A stretch of 64,000 nt of DNA from Ascidiella aspersa. Its lineage: Eukaryota. The stretch lies in assembly GCA_963924565.1 (NCBI GenBank), contig OZ004611.1:1054001-1118000 (forward strand), written 5' to 3'. Below, one piece after another: positions 14,636 through 28,300 of the stretch. Numbering within the stretch: position 1 is the first letter of the stretch; every line of letters starts with the position of its first letter. The notes beneath the pieces were generated by a model that worked only from the letters and a program-made list of their open reading frames with translations, was not told the origin of the DNA and did not search any database. Made by a program: the position numbers and the translations under genes.

Positions 14636-16037
14636 CTGAAACAACAAATTGACGAGCGGAATAAATTTTGAAAGCTCGATTAATGTGAGCCACAAGATCA
14701 AGGTCGAATCGTGCTTTCAACACGTTTAAAGTAAAATAGTAAAGTTTGTCGCCGTTAGAAATGTTCAAAGTAGAATATCGGATCCTTAGATTTGAATTCA
14801 ATTTTGCCGTTTATTTCGGGTAATTGCGACCAATTACTTCGCGTCTTGCGATAACCTTCGCCTGATAATTAAGTGTTTTGGGGCGAGCGTCTAACCTAAC
14901 TTGTATTGCCAATGCAGGGATTTTGCAATTTCCATAAATGCAACTTAAATGCAAGTTGCAAAAGTAATATTCCATCGTAAAACGTGCTGGCCTTGGACAA
15001 AACGCGTTACGGGGTTACTCAAGGTCAACTTTAGGACAATATTTAGCGAGGTTACTCACAGCGTAATTGTTAAGTAATAGTAACGCATTACTTGCAGTAG
15101 TAACGTTGTATTCTTTACATCATAATGTTTGACCAGCCTAGCAAAAAATTCCCAAAATCGATATTATAAGTTTTTTTTTTCTGTTCCGTAAATAGCTTAC
15201 GAAGACATGACTAACATTAATGAAAATAAAATCGAAACTATAATGTTAACGTCCTTCGGTTTTGTTCGCTTACAATGTTCAATGGCCGCCAAAGCTTTTG
15301 CTTCATATTTAAGGAGCCGCGAAAAAAGGTTGAAAAACACTGTTTTAAATTAATGATTAATGAAAGTTTAACACCTGTCCCAAATGGCTGTGGTAAGTTA
15401 TTTGGGTCAGTAAACTCACAAGTGAAATGCGAGCAAAGTATTCATGCTTAAAAATGGTAAAATGAATGCAAAGGAGAGTTTTTAGTTTGCAAGCCAGACA
15501 GAATTGTCTCAGTTTCATGCAAAGGTATATCGCTGACTTAAATCACATCTTGGTTTTTATAAACATAGCAAAGCAGTAAAAGGTGTTTCAGGGTCAGCTA
15601 AGGTGACGAAATATTTTGCCACAACAGGAAGTAAGGCGGAGGATGACGTCACTGCTGACGAGGGTACTTGTGCTTTTCACACAGTTAAGCACCACAATAA
15701 CTTTTATGTATGAATTATACGTCATCTTTGCTGAAGAAACAACTAAATTCTTTGCCAATTTTACAATAGAAATGCCGTGTGTCTCATCGCACCCTCGAAA
15801 ATAAATATTTGTTCAACTATGCGAAGCCAATTTTTGCGCTACACGCGAGAAGCGAGTGTTTTCCGTCTTTTTAATATAAATACGTCACGTTTTGTAACTT
15901 TATGACGTAACTTGTGACGTCCCCTGATCTGGAGTTGGTGAAATGCAACCGAAGTAAGCTTGTCCAGGATTTCTCGTTTCAAAACATGGAAACCCTACCT
16001 TTCAAAATCTAATCCGCTCGCCAACTCGTTGTTTCAG

Positions 16038-19000
16038 ATCAGTTGGCTTGTTCTGAGTTATAACCGCATCGACGACGAAGGAGCTCTTGAGCTTTCTCGC
16101 GTCCTCCCAAACATCGAGAAGTTGTATCTGATGGACTGCAACCTGACAAGTCAAGGTTTCAAACACATTTGCAAAGGAATCGGGATAATGACGCACAAGG
16201 TAAAGTGCTTTATTGTCGGCATTTTGTTGTTAAATGTTACCGCGACTAGAAATGTTCAAAGTGGAATTCCAAAGATTCTAGAATTATAGCTTTCGAATCC
16301 AGAATAATGAATCAAGAGGTTTGAATCCCAGTGTTTGGTGAAATATTTATAATATATATATAGGCGTTAACGACTCCGCAATTAATCATAAAATGTTTCT
16401 GACATATCGATATAGTAATCAAAATTTTAATTACAGAAGATTTACATTCTAAACAACTGTCATTTAAAGCAGTTGTTTAAATTGCATTATTGTAGGAAAA
16501 AAACAAACCAGGTTGTTGCCCCAACTTAATTTTAAGTAAATATAGTAAGTGAAATGCACCACAATAAATTCTTTACAAATTCTGTTCGTTTTTATAAGGT
16601 ATTGTTGTGATTTAGTTTTAGTTTACTACAAACGTCTTCCGTCAATAAGCCGGTAAAACATTATGATGTAAAGAATACAAAGTTACTACTGCCAGTAATG
16701 CGTTACTAACACTGCTGACGAGGGCACTTATGCTTTTCACACAGTTAAACACCACAATAACTTTTATCAATGAATTGTACGTCATCTTTGCTAAAGAAAC
16801 TTTTCCCGATTCTGTATAGCAATGACCCCCCGCGAACTAAATTTTTTGCCAATTTTACAATAGAAATGCCGTGTGTCTCATCGCAGCCTCAAAAATAAAA
16901 GTTTAGTCAACTATACCCACTTTCGCTCTACACGCGAGACGCGAGTGTTTTCCGTCTTTTCAATATAAATACGTCACGTTTTGTAACTTTATGACGTAAC
17001 TTGTGACGTCCTCTGATCTGGAGTTGGCCAGTTCAACCGTATTAAGTTTGTCCAGAATTTATCGTTTCAAAATATGGCAACCCTACCATTTAAAATCTAA
17101 CCTCGCTCGTCAACTCGTTGTTTCAGATCACGTTGCTGGATCTGAGTGATAACCGCATCGACGACGAAGGAGCTCTTGAGCTTTCTCGCGTCCTTTCAAA
17201 CATCGTGCAGTTGTATCTGCGGGACTGCAACCTGACAAGTCAAGGTTTGAAACACATTTGCAAAGGAATCGGGGAAATGACTCACGAGGTAAAGTGCTTT
17301 ATTTTCGACATTTTGTTGTTCAATGTTACCGCGACTAGGAATGTTCAAAGTAGAATCCCAAGGTATTCTAGAATAAAAGCTTTGGAATCCAGAATAACTA
17401 ATCCTTGTGCATTTGTTAGAAATTATTTACCTTTTGTTTTTTTGGTCAAATATTCATAATATATATAATCTTAAACGACTCAGCAATTAATCATAAAACT
17501 TGCCAATATAGTAATGAAATACAACTTAATAAATTCTTCACAAATTCTGTTCGTTATTTATAATTTATTGTTGTGATTTAGTTTTAGTTTACTACAAATG
17601 TGATCTGTCAATAAGACGGTCAAACATTGTGATGTAAACAATGAAGTCATTAATGCTAGTAATGCGTTGTCACTTAACAATTACGCTATGAGCAACTTCG
17701 CTAAATATTGGCCTAAAGTTGACCTTAAGTAACCTCGCAACTCGTTTTGTCCACAACCACAGATGCTGTTTCTGAATAATAACGACTTCGGCGACGAAGG
17801 AGCTCTTGAGCTTTCTCGCGTCCTCCCAAACATCGAGGATTTGTGGGTCAATGGTTGTGGCATCACTTGGGAAGTCAAGAAGGTGATCAGATCGAAACTG
17901 AAAGAACTTGGACGTGCCGTGAGTAACAACAATAAATAAACCAATAACCTAATTTACTGACACGAAAAGCCACTGTGTTACGTCACAATATAAATAATTT
18001 GATCTGACACCAACCACTAGAGGCGCCAAAAAAGAAATAAATAAAAAAGGGCGAGAACAATATATTGTTATTATGATAAAAGGAATAATTAGGTTTTTCG
18101 TCTAAAATATAAATGTATCTGTAGTTGTAACTGTTAAACTTCTCTGAAACAAAAATTAAAATATAAAGTATGTTAAAAAGCGAAACATAACTTTTTATAT
18201 TTATATTTTACGACTAATTTACTAGCGCAAGAAAAACACTTGTTGCTTTGAGCCAATGCAGTTTTGTTTATCTTGGCATAGAGTCACAGTTTCTGGAATA
18301 ATATTAACAACACTTTGGAAAAATGGTAGCTTTTATTCAAACTGTTTGTATGACACTGCAAAATAGCAGCAAATTATAAATCCCTGATAAAAATTGATAA
18401 AATTCCCATGTTACAAAATAAATATACGGAACAGCATATTAAATGTGCATTAGGAAAAGTCACTAAATTATCTGTAAAAAACACACATTTTATTTGTAAA
18501 TTTATTTTAATCTTTATTTTCCACATAATTTCAAACCAAATTTTCTCTAATAAATCACATTCTAAATAACAACTCAAGTTTCCCATCCAGCGATTAAATC
18601 TAAGTTCAAGGCTCGGAAACCTAAGGTTCGTTTAATAATGTAATCCCTATCGCAGATAAATCTAAGCTATAACTTGTCATCATGACTCGAAAAAAGCTGC
18701 GCGCAACCGTGATCATTTTGAAACAGTAACTATTACACCTAAAAAAAGTATTACCCCAAAACCTGTTTGTTTTTTCGCGGCTGTTAGTTTATTGAGTCTC
18801 TTTGCATCCATGGCCTTGTTCGTACCACGGCACACCGTAATCAAAGTTTTGTAAACTTTAATTTCGCCTAATATGCTATCTTTTTAAACGATCACTATTT
18901 TTGCCAACCTAAACTAGATGCTAAATTATATGACCCTCCTGTAAATACTCACAAATTAATGGTCGTCACACTTTGGAAAGGCCAAAAAAAAATTGGAAAT

Positions 19001-19225
19001 AAATTCCTTATTTTCCGTTTTACCTTATCTTAAGGAGCAATAGATATTCGCTACTCACTCAATAATCCGAGCAGCTATGCTTATTCTTATTAATTTGACT
19101 CCGTGATGTCTTGCGTTAAATAAGCTGAAAAGGAAACAGAAGTTACACTTGCATTGAAACCTTTTACAGCATTTGAATTGCTTCCATCTTGTATTTTACA
19201 GATGAACCGCCGCGTGTATTTTTAA
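16038..19225 (+). pseudogene. Headless LRR cassette C: exons 16038-16199, 17127-17288, 17763-17918, 19202-19225
   Basis: All exons are open, phase 0 and AG/GT bounded, and splice to ~167 aa ending MNRRVYF*. No copy of the family's 5' exons is seen upstream on the plus strand. Confidence 0.7.
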
Positions 19226-19556
19226 TAGTTCAAAGACGGAAGAAACTATTTGATTCTGTGATGTTATTTTTACGCAACACGCTTCAGCCTTCCTGTTCAT
19301 TTGGTTGCCGACAACCTTCCAATGCTCAACAGTGCTGTGGTTGTATTGAAACTTAAACCAATGTACTTTTCATCGCAATCTTCGTTTAAAATCTAACTTA
19401 TACTTAACTGAATGAGACATGCACACACATATGTGTGGTTACAACTGTGATCTAGCCCCTCTGAAACTGCTTTTTTTCAAACGATTACGGTTTACGTGTA
19501 ATTAGTACACCCGAAAAGCCATAGCAGACTCACTAAATCTGTTGATCTATTAAATA

Positions 19557-19628
19557 GCCTGCAGTGAGGTTCAAACTCACGACCCCTGATTATACAGAAT
19601 ATCGCTCTACCAACTGAGCTACACAAGC
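19557..19628 (-). ncRNA. tRNA-like sequence (tRNA pseudogene or SINE head)
   Basis: 72 nt with A box TAGCTCAGTTGG, D-stem GCTC/GAGC and T-stem GTGAG/CTCAC. Anticodon position reads GTA but the anticodon stem does not pair. Confidence 0.55.
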
Positions 19629-22600
19629 TCGGAGAGGTTACTCGACTCGCTCCTTTCTAAGCCTGTGTAGCGCGTATAACAGCGTGGAAATTTACACATT
19701 GGCGTTATCAATTACGTTGTATATGTGACATTATAAATGCATCTTTGTTCATCAGCTGTTTACATAAGAACATAGTCGTTTTGTTTTATGTAATCTATTA
19801 ACCTAGGGCTGCCATATGAAGTATATTAAAAGATTTGTAAAATAAATATGAAAGGCCATTTGATAACACTGAAAAATGCCCAACTGTCTTTTCATGCATT
19901 TGTGTTTTCTTGTATTTTTATGTTTTTATTTGCTTTTTGGTATGAAATCTAGGTCAAACCAAATGACTTTTAAATGACAGGGATGAGAACTAATAAATTT
20001 TTTTATCAATGTACATAAATTTGCGTTATTTTATTTTTTGTGTGCTGTTGGGTGATAAATAATTGTTACGTGTTTTATTTTCCACTACAACGTTATCACC
20101 GGTTGCTGATTATGCCGACTGTAGATTCTGACATTCATTATTGATTTGCGCCTTTACTCTTAAACATAGGGTTAAGAATTAAGTTTTCGCATTTCGGGAC
20201 ATATACAATGACGTAATGGTTTCGTGCTGTCTCATGTGCTGTTCGCGTGTTTAATTGGACTCCGGACATGTTATTTTCTATCTCTAAACAATCTGCAAAT
20301 CTCACGCCCATTATTATCGCCCGTATTCCGCCTTGATAGCTGGGTTTACCTTTCTAGGAAATGGCCTTCCATGTAATCTTTCCACGAGACAACCACCCTG
20401 TAAACCAGCGGCCGTGGGTTCCCGACAGCGCGTTCCGACAAAAAAAAAAAAAAAAAAAAAAGTTTTTGAATAGTGTGTAGACTTTAGTAGACGCTTGGGC
20501 TGCGCCTGGTGCATTTAGCGAGTAAGACGTTAGGTGTTTATGCTCTGTCATTTCATTGTTTTTGAGTAATTTTGTCCTAGTATAACAATTGTTTGTGGTG
20601 TGGTAGTTTTCGACTCTTGCATCTATACATTAGGTTAATTGTTGTGGTCTTTAATATAAACTTTCATTACTAGGTTATTTAATATCCGAATTAAGAACTC
20701 ACTGGCGACTTTAACAAGAGGTTTTGGTAATTCTCAAAAATTACTAGTTAAAGACGTTGTTTTCGGCCTAATTGGCGAATGTACAAAGTTACACCAAATT
20801 AAAATTATCAGAGTTATATAACTTTAAAGCAGCTCGCTCAATAGACTGTCAGAGGTTGATTCCTACACCACAATTGGCCGATAGTTATTGACCTGTCGTT
20901 CTAAGAGCTTATCATATAACAGGGGTGGCCAACACGCGGCTCTTCACCCAGTTATATTCGGTTCTTACATTCATGTTGTAATTTTTTAGAATGTTCCGAT
21001 TTTGTTTTGTTAGGAGGTTAAGTTATGGATTTTTGCGCGAAAGTTTGAGCTTTTTTATTTAGCGTTTGCTATGAACTACCGCTTCGAACACAAATAAATA
21101 TTCTAGCAAACCGTTTCGAGCAGCAACTGACTGAGTTATAACGCAATACTCAAAAAATACAAAGGAGCAGAAACAACACGGCTGCTCATAAACGCTACAA
21201 GTAAACGTTCTGTCAGTTAAAATGGTGACTATTGTGCTCATTATTTACAAAAAAGAGAAATGGATGAAAAGTTTTTTGAACACTTGTTTTCGTTGCAGCT
21301 TTTCAAACAAGGCAAACAATTGCTGTCGATTGTAGTTTATTTTTTAAATTTGCGTTGTTAAAAATAAAGTACTACGCAGAAAACCGTAAGCGCAGTAGAA
21401 TTTTTTAGCAATTTTTTGCAGTTTTAGACATTTTTGTTGCAATTTATTTTTACAATTATGAGGAAATTAGTTTGGCGAGTTCAATGTTAAATATTATCAA
21501 CTTTCCAATTTTATTATTTCTAAATAATATTATACTCACCTGGCGCTTTGCTCAGCTTTAGCTTTAGATTTGCAAACAATAATATAAAATTGCAAAATAT
21601 AGCTTTTTAATGATAACGAATTGCAGTACTCGTTAAAGTATCGTTAAAAAGCTGTGTTTTATTTTGCTATAGCGCATTTCTTTAAACATGCGATAATAAT
21701 TAACGCATTTCACGTTTGACCAGGACCGCCCTATGTACGGAACCGGTTTATTTGACTGGTGTCCAACGCAATAGGAAGTTTGGAACGCAAAAGTTTAAAT
21801 AGCTTACGAGTGAATATTTTCCAGCACAATATGTGAGAAAAAATCCCAAATAGCAGGATCTTATACGGAAGAGCAAAAAAGTGCCTTAAATACCGAACTG
21901 CCACAATGAACACACGGGTGTTTGATTACTTGTTCCTGCCGACGTAGAACAGTGGTTCTTAACCTATTTCTACCCTTTTGGTAATTGTCCTGTGCCTTGC
22001 GCCTCCCGTGGGTCTTAAATAACTTTAATATAGGAGACCTGGCGCACTGGGATTGTTTGCCCGTGCGCGATATGTTAATTTTTATCTGATTTTAACAAAC
22101 ATGTTGTGAGGACATTTACTCACAGTTAAGGCTGCAAAGAAACACGTCAGAATGTCTCTCGAAGCGCAAACATTAATCATTGCATAAAACGTGTTTTGAA
22201 ATATGTGATGACACACAATGCAATGACCATAATACAAATAACATTACAATTTCGCGCAAAAAAAGAGTACCCCTGCGCTAAACAGTTGTGATATATGAAA
22301 TGAGCGCAAAACATTTTCGCAGTTTTATTGTTAAAGTTGGCAAAAACACATTGTGGAGGTGGTATAGTGCTCAACTCCTTTGAAATATCATACTGTTCTG
22401 ACTAAACACAGCCCCAATCTGTAGTTAGTGGCAGATAAATCTAAGAACTGAGAAACTATTAAAAGTTAGCAGCCCAAAAGTTCGCAAATCGCAAAATCAT
22501 GAACCATTTTTCCTCGGTTACTTACACATGTGTTATTTTGCAGTAAAGCATAGGACAACTTACAGGCAGAATTAACAACAAACGCAACATGGGACAATCT

Positions 22601-23575
22601 AAATTCTTACAAAAGTTTCAATATTGGCGCCAACCAGGTTAAGAACCACTGACGTTTGGGGCTTACCTGCCCACCACACAAACCATGACCAGCTGCGACA
22701 CGGGGTTGGTGAAATGTTGTTCACTTGCATGTGAACTGCTTGTCTGGTTGCATCGGCTCCATCAAAGCAATATACGAAGTATTTTCTATTATTCCATATT
22801 AGATTGGTTAAAAATTAGAGCTGTTTATAGTGTTTTAGTTATCTGGCTTAGGTTAGTTTATATAGTTATCTTAGGTTAGGTTTGTAAAACTAGCGAAAAC
22901 AATAACTTTAACCAAACCCCGAAATAAGAATGACTTTATGCTATGTTGAAAATGAATAAAGATTTATTGGAAACGTCCAAAATGCTACCTACTTCTGTAT
23001 GGGCTTTGATATTCTTATTACGTCTTACTACAACCTCCAACCATTATGCTCCAAAGAATGACTTTCGTCCAATAAAGTTCAGTTTTAAAACTTTTTAACA
23101 TTTTTTTAGATGTATTTGCCTTATAATAAACAAAAATATGGGAAGGTCTTTTAATTTTACACTCAGCTTTAAATTGCAATTTCTAACTGGGTTTGTAAAT
23201 GCCCATTTCACTATAATCTCAAACTTTTATGATCAAACTGCCTAAGGCGTCTAAATGTTAACTGTTACATTCCATCATATTCTAAATTTGCGGTTTTGCA
23301 AACTTAACCAAATTTCAGAAGCCGGACAACGTTCTAGAAATCCTATCCCCTGCAATAATTGTTTGAAAGTGGATGCAGGTGTTTCAATATACTTGAGTAA
23401 GGTGTCTCCCAAATGTATTGTTATTATAGCTACGATCAATAACAATGTTGTCAAGTTTATTTTCTTGCGGTACACTAAGAAAAAAATCGCAGGACATTTT
23501 TGTTATTACATTAAAATCCAATTCAATAACAACGCGACAATTATCCTTACACTAATGTTCACTTTGAACCCTTGA
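19629..23575 (-). repeat. Inverted partner arm of 8344-13099
   Basis: Reverse-complement match at both ends and internally. Confidence 0.85.
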
Positions 23576-25366
23576 GGCCAACAAAGATTTTTTGTAAATT
23601 AAAACAGTTTAAAAGAGATTGATACAAAAACAGTATAAATTTTACGAAAAAGGAAGATTGGCAAATGTTCTTGTTTCTTTTATCGAGTTGTAGAAAGTTT
23701 CCAACTATTCTTTTGTGGCAATTCTACATTAAGTTACCTGCAAAATTAATTGATATAAGCGTGTTTTGTAAATAGACCCAGCTACTTGCCGACTCCAAGT
23801 TATAATTGGATCAACGGCAAATCATAAATTAGCTTCATATTTTAATGTTTCTGTTACTTGCTAAATTTTTTACTTTTTTAATCTTCTAATGTAATCAAAA
23901 ACAGAGTTACGAGTAACGTAAACTATTTGTCATATTTCTTTTAAATTTCCCGAAAAAAAAACGTTTATGTTTTAACAGTTGTATTATAAATAAAAGTAAA
24001 CTGAAATCAGGTATTGATCCAACTCTAGTCCCTCTCACCGTGTTTTCTTTTCTTTGTAGATGCTAGCCCTGCTTGTACCTTTTCTGTATGGAGTAAAGCT
24101 GGCAAGTGAGATTCTCTTTGTTCACTTTTAAATATTGTGGACTTAAGTGCAATAGTAGAGGGTTGTACAGTTATTCAGTTGCGGCGTTGTGAAGTAGAAC
24201 GAGTTTATATTTTTAATAAGACTTTTGAAATCTTTTTTTTCATTTTTGAAATTGTTAACTGTGAAGATTAATTTTGTTTTGCAGAACAGACATCTAGTCG
24301 AGCAGGGCAACTAAAGACTAGAACTTAAAATGTCTATTAAATAACATAAAAAGTACATGAAAACATTATATTGGTGAAAATAACACGAGCAAAAACACAG
24401 CAGCACAATAAGAGATTGTTTTTCAAACGAGCTTATTTACAGCCAATATTATAAAAAAAAAATCAAAAACACGGCAATACAATCTTTCAAAAATTAACAA
24501 ACAATTGTTTTTTTTTAATTATATATGAGCAAAAATACAGCAATAGATTTCAAACCGTCGCAAATCCGATCAACAACAGTTTTATTAAATAAAATTAAAA
24601 AGGTGGATTTAAGCAAAACATGTCTGGAATAAAAACATGCTTTTAAATGTTTACAAATTAAACTTTAACTGATGAATTTAAATTATGATTCTTATGCAAC
24701 AGAATTCACAAGATATTTGGTGCATATTTCATTGGATCGCTAGCGTTTTATGCATTCTGTGTTTATGTGAGGACCGATTATATAATAAGCTCTTACTAAC
24801 CTTTCCTAAGTTACACAATAGGCTCTGGAAACAAATTAAATACTGATGACGTGATCAGATGCTAATATAAGAGCGACCTGGTTTTAGTCAAATAGCAATT
24901 TACAACGACAGGTCAATAACTATTGGTCTATCGTGGTTTAGGAATCAACCTCTGCTTACGAGATGCTTGGACCATACCCCAACCTCTGCTAACGAGATGC
25001 TTTGGACCATACCCTCCCCCCCCCCCCCATTGCCTTTTTTTGGTCACGGTATTTTATTGTTGCTCCCCCCTCTTAAGGTAGGTTACTTCTTTATGACGTC
25101 AAGCTTATATGTAACATTATGACGTCATATCTGAAAAAATTCAAAAAATCCTGTATTGGCGCCTGGTGTTGACTAATACGTAACAGTTGAGTGTAAGTTA
25201 GATTTTAAAACGAGGATTGCGATGATAAGTTCATTGGTTTAAGTTTCAAAACAACCACAACACTGTTGAGCATTGGAAGGTTGTTGGCGACCAAATGAAC
25301 AGGAAGGCTGAAGCGTGTTGCGTAAAAAGAACATCACAGAGTCAAATAGTTGCTTCCCTCTTTGAA

Positions 25367-28300
25367 CTATTGAAAGAAGCCAAAATCCACGCTGTCCATC
25401 TGCAAAACACAAGATAAAAGTAATTGTTGTAAAAGGTTTTTATGCATAAGTAACTTTTGTTCCTTTTCAGCCTATTTAACACCACGGAGTCCAATTAACA
25501 TGAAAAAGCAGATTATTGAGTAATTAGATTATTTCTAAAAAAAAAAACTATGCGTCCATGGCACCGACACAAGATACCAGGGAATAAAAAGACAAATAGA
25601 TCAAAAACTTTTACATTTACGATGTGATTTAGTTGCCAAAAGTTGTTTAGGATTTATCAGGGAAATAAAGATTAAGCTAAATCAACAAATACAATTTCCC
25701 AAAGCACATTCAATAAACTATTTTGTAATATGGTAATCTTATTAATTTTTATTTATAATTTATCATTAGCTGAAAGAAAAAAATGATTTGTTGCATCATA
25801 AGCTGACAAAATAATTTGTCTAATTACTTTGTTTTTGCTTAGTCATGCAAACTTTTGAGTAAAACCAAACATTTTCCCCAAATGTTTTTAATATTATTCC
25901 AGAAATTACGAATCTAAACCAATTCGATTTTATAGTTGTTATGTGTTGGCAGTTTTATTTTAAGTACTCCTATATTGAATAAAAGAATTAATCATGATAG
26001 TCGCCATTCCTGTTAAATAGACAGGTGACATTCGCATGTGGATTTACCATTAAACTATATATTTGGATGTTTCAATCTGATTTTGAGCTGCATGTTGAAA
26101 CAGCTTATCTATGTAACAGTGTTAGAGTACAAGAAAAACAGACATGTGCACCTTCAGGCCCCAGTTTGTACTATAGCATACCCCTTATGTATTAGGTAAT
26201 AGGCCTAGTTTACCACCTCTACATGGCAATGCTGATACATTCCTTAGGCAAACACATCAGTTAAGTTTAGCGGCGCGAACAAAAAAAAGAATAATTTAGG
26301 CGCAAAAATATTCTTCACCAGAAAAGGCTGGCCCAGACAAACAAAACCGCATTAGCTCAAGGCAATAATTTTTTAACGCCAGTTTTTTAATTATTCGTAA
26401 AATAGAAAATAAATATAAAAAGTTACGTCTCGCTATTTGACACATTACTTTAAATTTTTGCCGCAATAATGTTTTACACTTCTCCCCGGATTTATTTGTT
26501 TTTTTTAGAGCCTCTAGTGTTGGTGTTAGACCAACTTATTTACATTGTGACGTAACACAGTGACTTCTCGTGTCAGTGATGTAGGTTTTTAATTAATTTA
26601 TTGTTGTTACTCACGTCACGTCCAAGTTTTCTCAGTTTCGATCTGATTACCTCCCTGCCTTCCTTAGTGATGCCACAATCATTGACCCACAACTTCTCGA
26701 TGTTTGTGAGGACGCGAGAAAGCTCAAGAACTCCTTCGTCGTCGATGCGGTTAGCAGTCAGATACAGCCACTTGATCTGAAACAACAAATTGACGAGCGA
26801 ATTTAGATTTTAAAAGGTAGGGTTGCCATATTTAGAAACGAAAAATCCTGGAAAAACTTACTACGGTTGAATTTTGACCAACTCCAGATCAGGGACGTCA
26901 CAAGTTACGTCATAAAGTTACAAAACGTGACGTATTTATATTAAAAAGACGGAAAACACTCGCGTCTCGCGTGTAGAGCGTAAATTGGCTCAGTATAGTT
27001 GAACAAAATTTATTTTCGAGGGTGCGATGAGAGACAGGGCATTTGTATTGTAAAATTGGCAAATAATTTAGTTCGTGGGGGGTGTAGCGTGTTTTTCTTG
27101 TCATTTTGTCAACTGCGAATTCTAACTTTAATTATTAATTTGCGCCTTACTTTAAAAATAGGGATTAGGGACTTGGGTTCATATTTCGAAATGTATTAAA
27201 CTGTAACATCTTATTTTGGTTGGTATGTGTTTAATCTGTTTGTGCACACGGCCCTTTTTAAGCCAGTTTAACATTCTCTGCACACGGGACATTTAATGGT
27301 GCGTTTCTCGTATTCTTTCTAATCTGACCTCTGGCGATTCTCCACTGGACTTTTAAATTTAATGACTGCCAATTTCGCAAGTAATGGTCACGTTGTTCTG
27401 ATCTAATCTTTTCGCTGGCGCCAGCCGTCCTCGGACCGAAGAATTAATCTGTTTTGCCATCGCTATAACTTTACTGTCTTTATTAAATTGCGTGCTTTCC
27501 TATAACTCGTTGACGCCCTTCCCGCACTTCCAGTTCTTGCGTAACTGCTTTTTAGAAGGTGTCTATATTAATCGGCGTCAGAGCGTCTCTTTTGTCCAGT
27601 ATTTGGGAAGTGGGCCATTGCGTTTAGAGGTCAGCACGTTTTTGTGTAGTGTCCTGTCTGTAAGTAACTTTTGCTCACGTATTAAGCGTTGGTGTGGTGT
27701 TTGACATTTTGGTTCATCTAATACACTTAGTTGCTTGGGTTAAGTTGTGTGGTCTGTAGAATAAACTTAGGCATTGAGGCAAATAACTCCCGATTATCTT
27801 TTAAGAACTCATTGCGGTTGCGTCCTGTCGGACAAGTATAGGTTAGGCGGTAGATTCTAATATACTAGGGCGCGGCAGGGCGTAACACGTTTGGTGCCCC
27901 GGTGTTTGTGGTTGCTATTTGCTTCCGGAATAAGGTATTCGGGTATAAGATTTTGTTGCGCAAAATTTGGTTGTGTTTTGTGTTGCGAACGTGTGTTTGT
28001 CGGAATTTTTGAAGCGTGAATTGGGCGTTTGTGTTGGTGAGAGTTGAAAGAAGTCTAGTCTGAAACCTTTTCGCGTTTGTAAAATCATGGAAAAATTAAC
28101 GTCTGTTTTGGCGTCTTTAAACAAGCCGGTGGGAACTAGCGAAGGTTCGGGCGTGTCGCATCAGGACCGCAAAATGCAAGCACAGAATTATATTGCTGAA
28201 ATTGAAAGACTTAATCTTGAGTTGGACTTGTTGCGTTCTTCTAGACAAGATCATTGCATAGCCCTTGAGAAATCTCGCGATATGGCAAAGGGAATCGAGC

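Noticed and set aside
26999-27704. Short ORFs within the LTRs (duplicated at 37131-37824)
   Set aside because: No motifs; the duplication simply reflects LTR identity.
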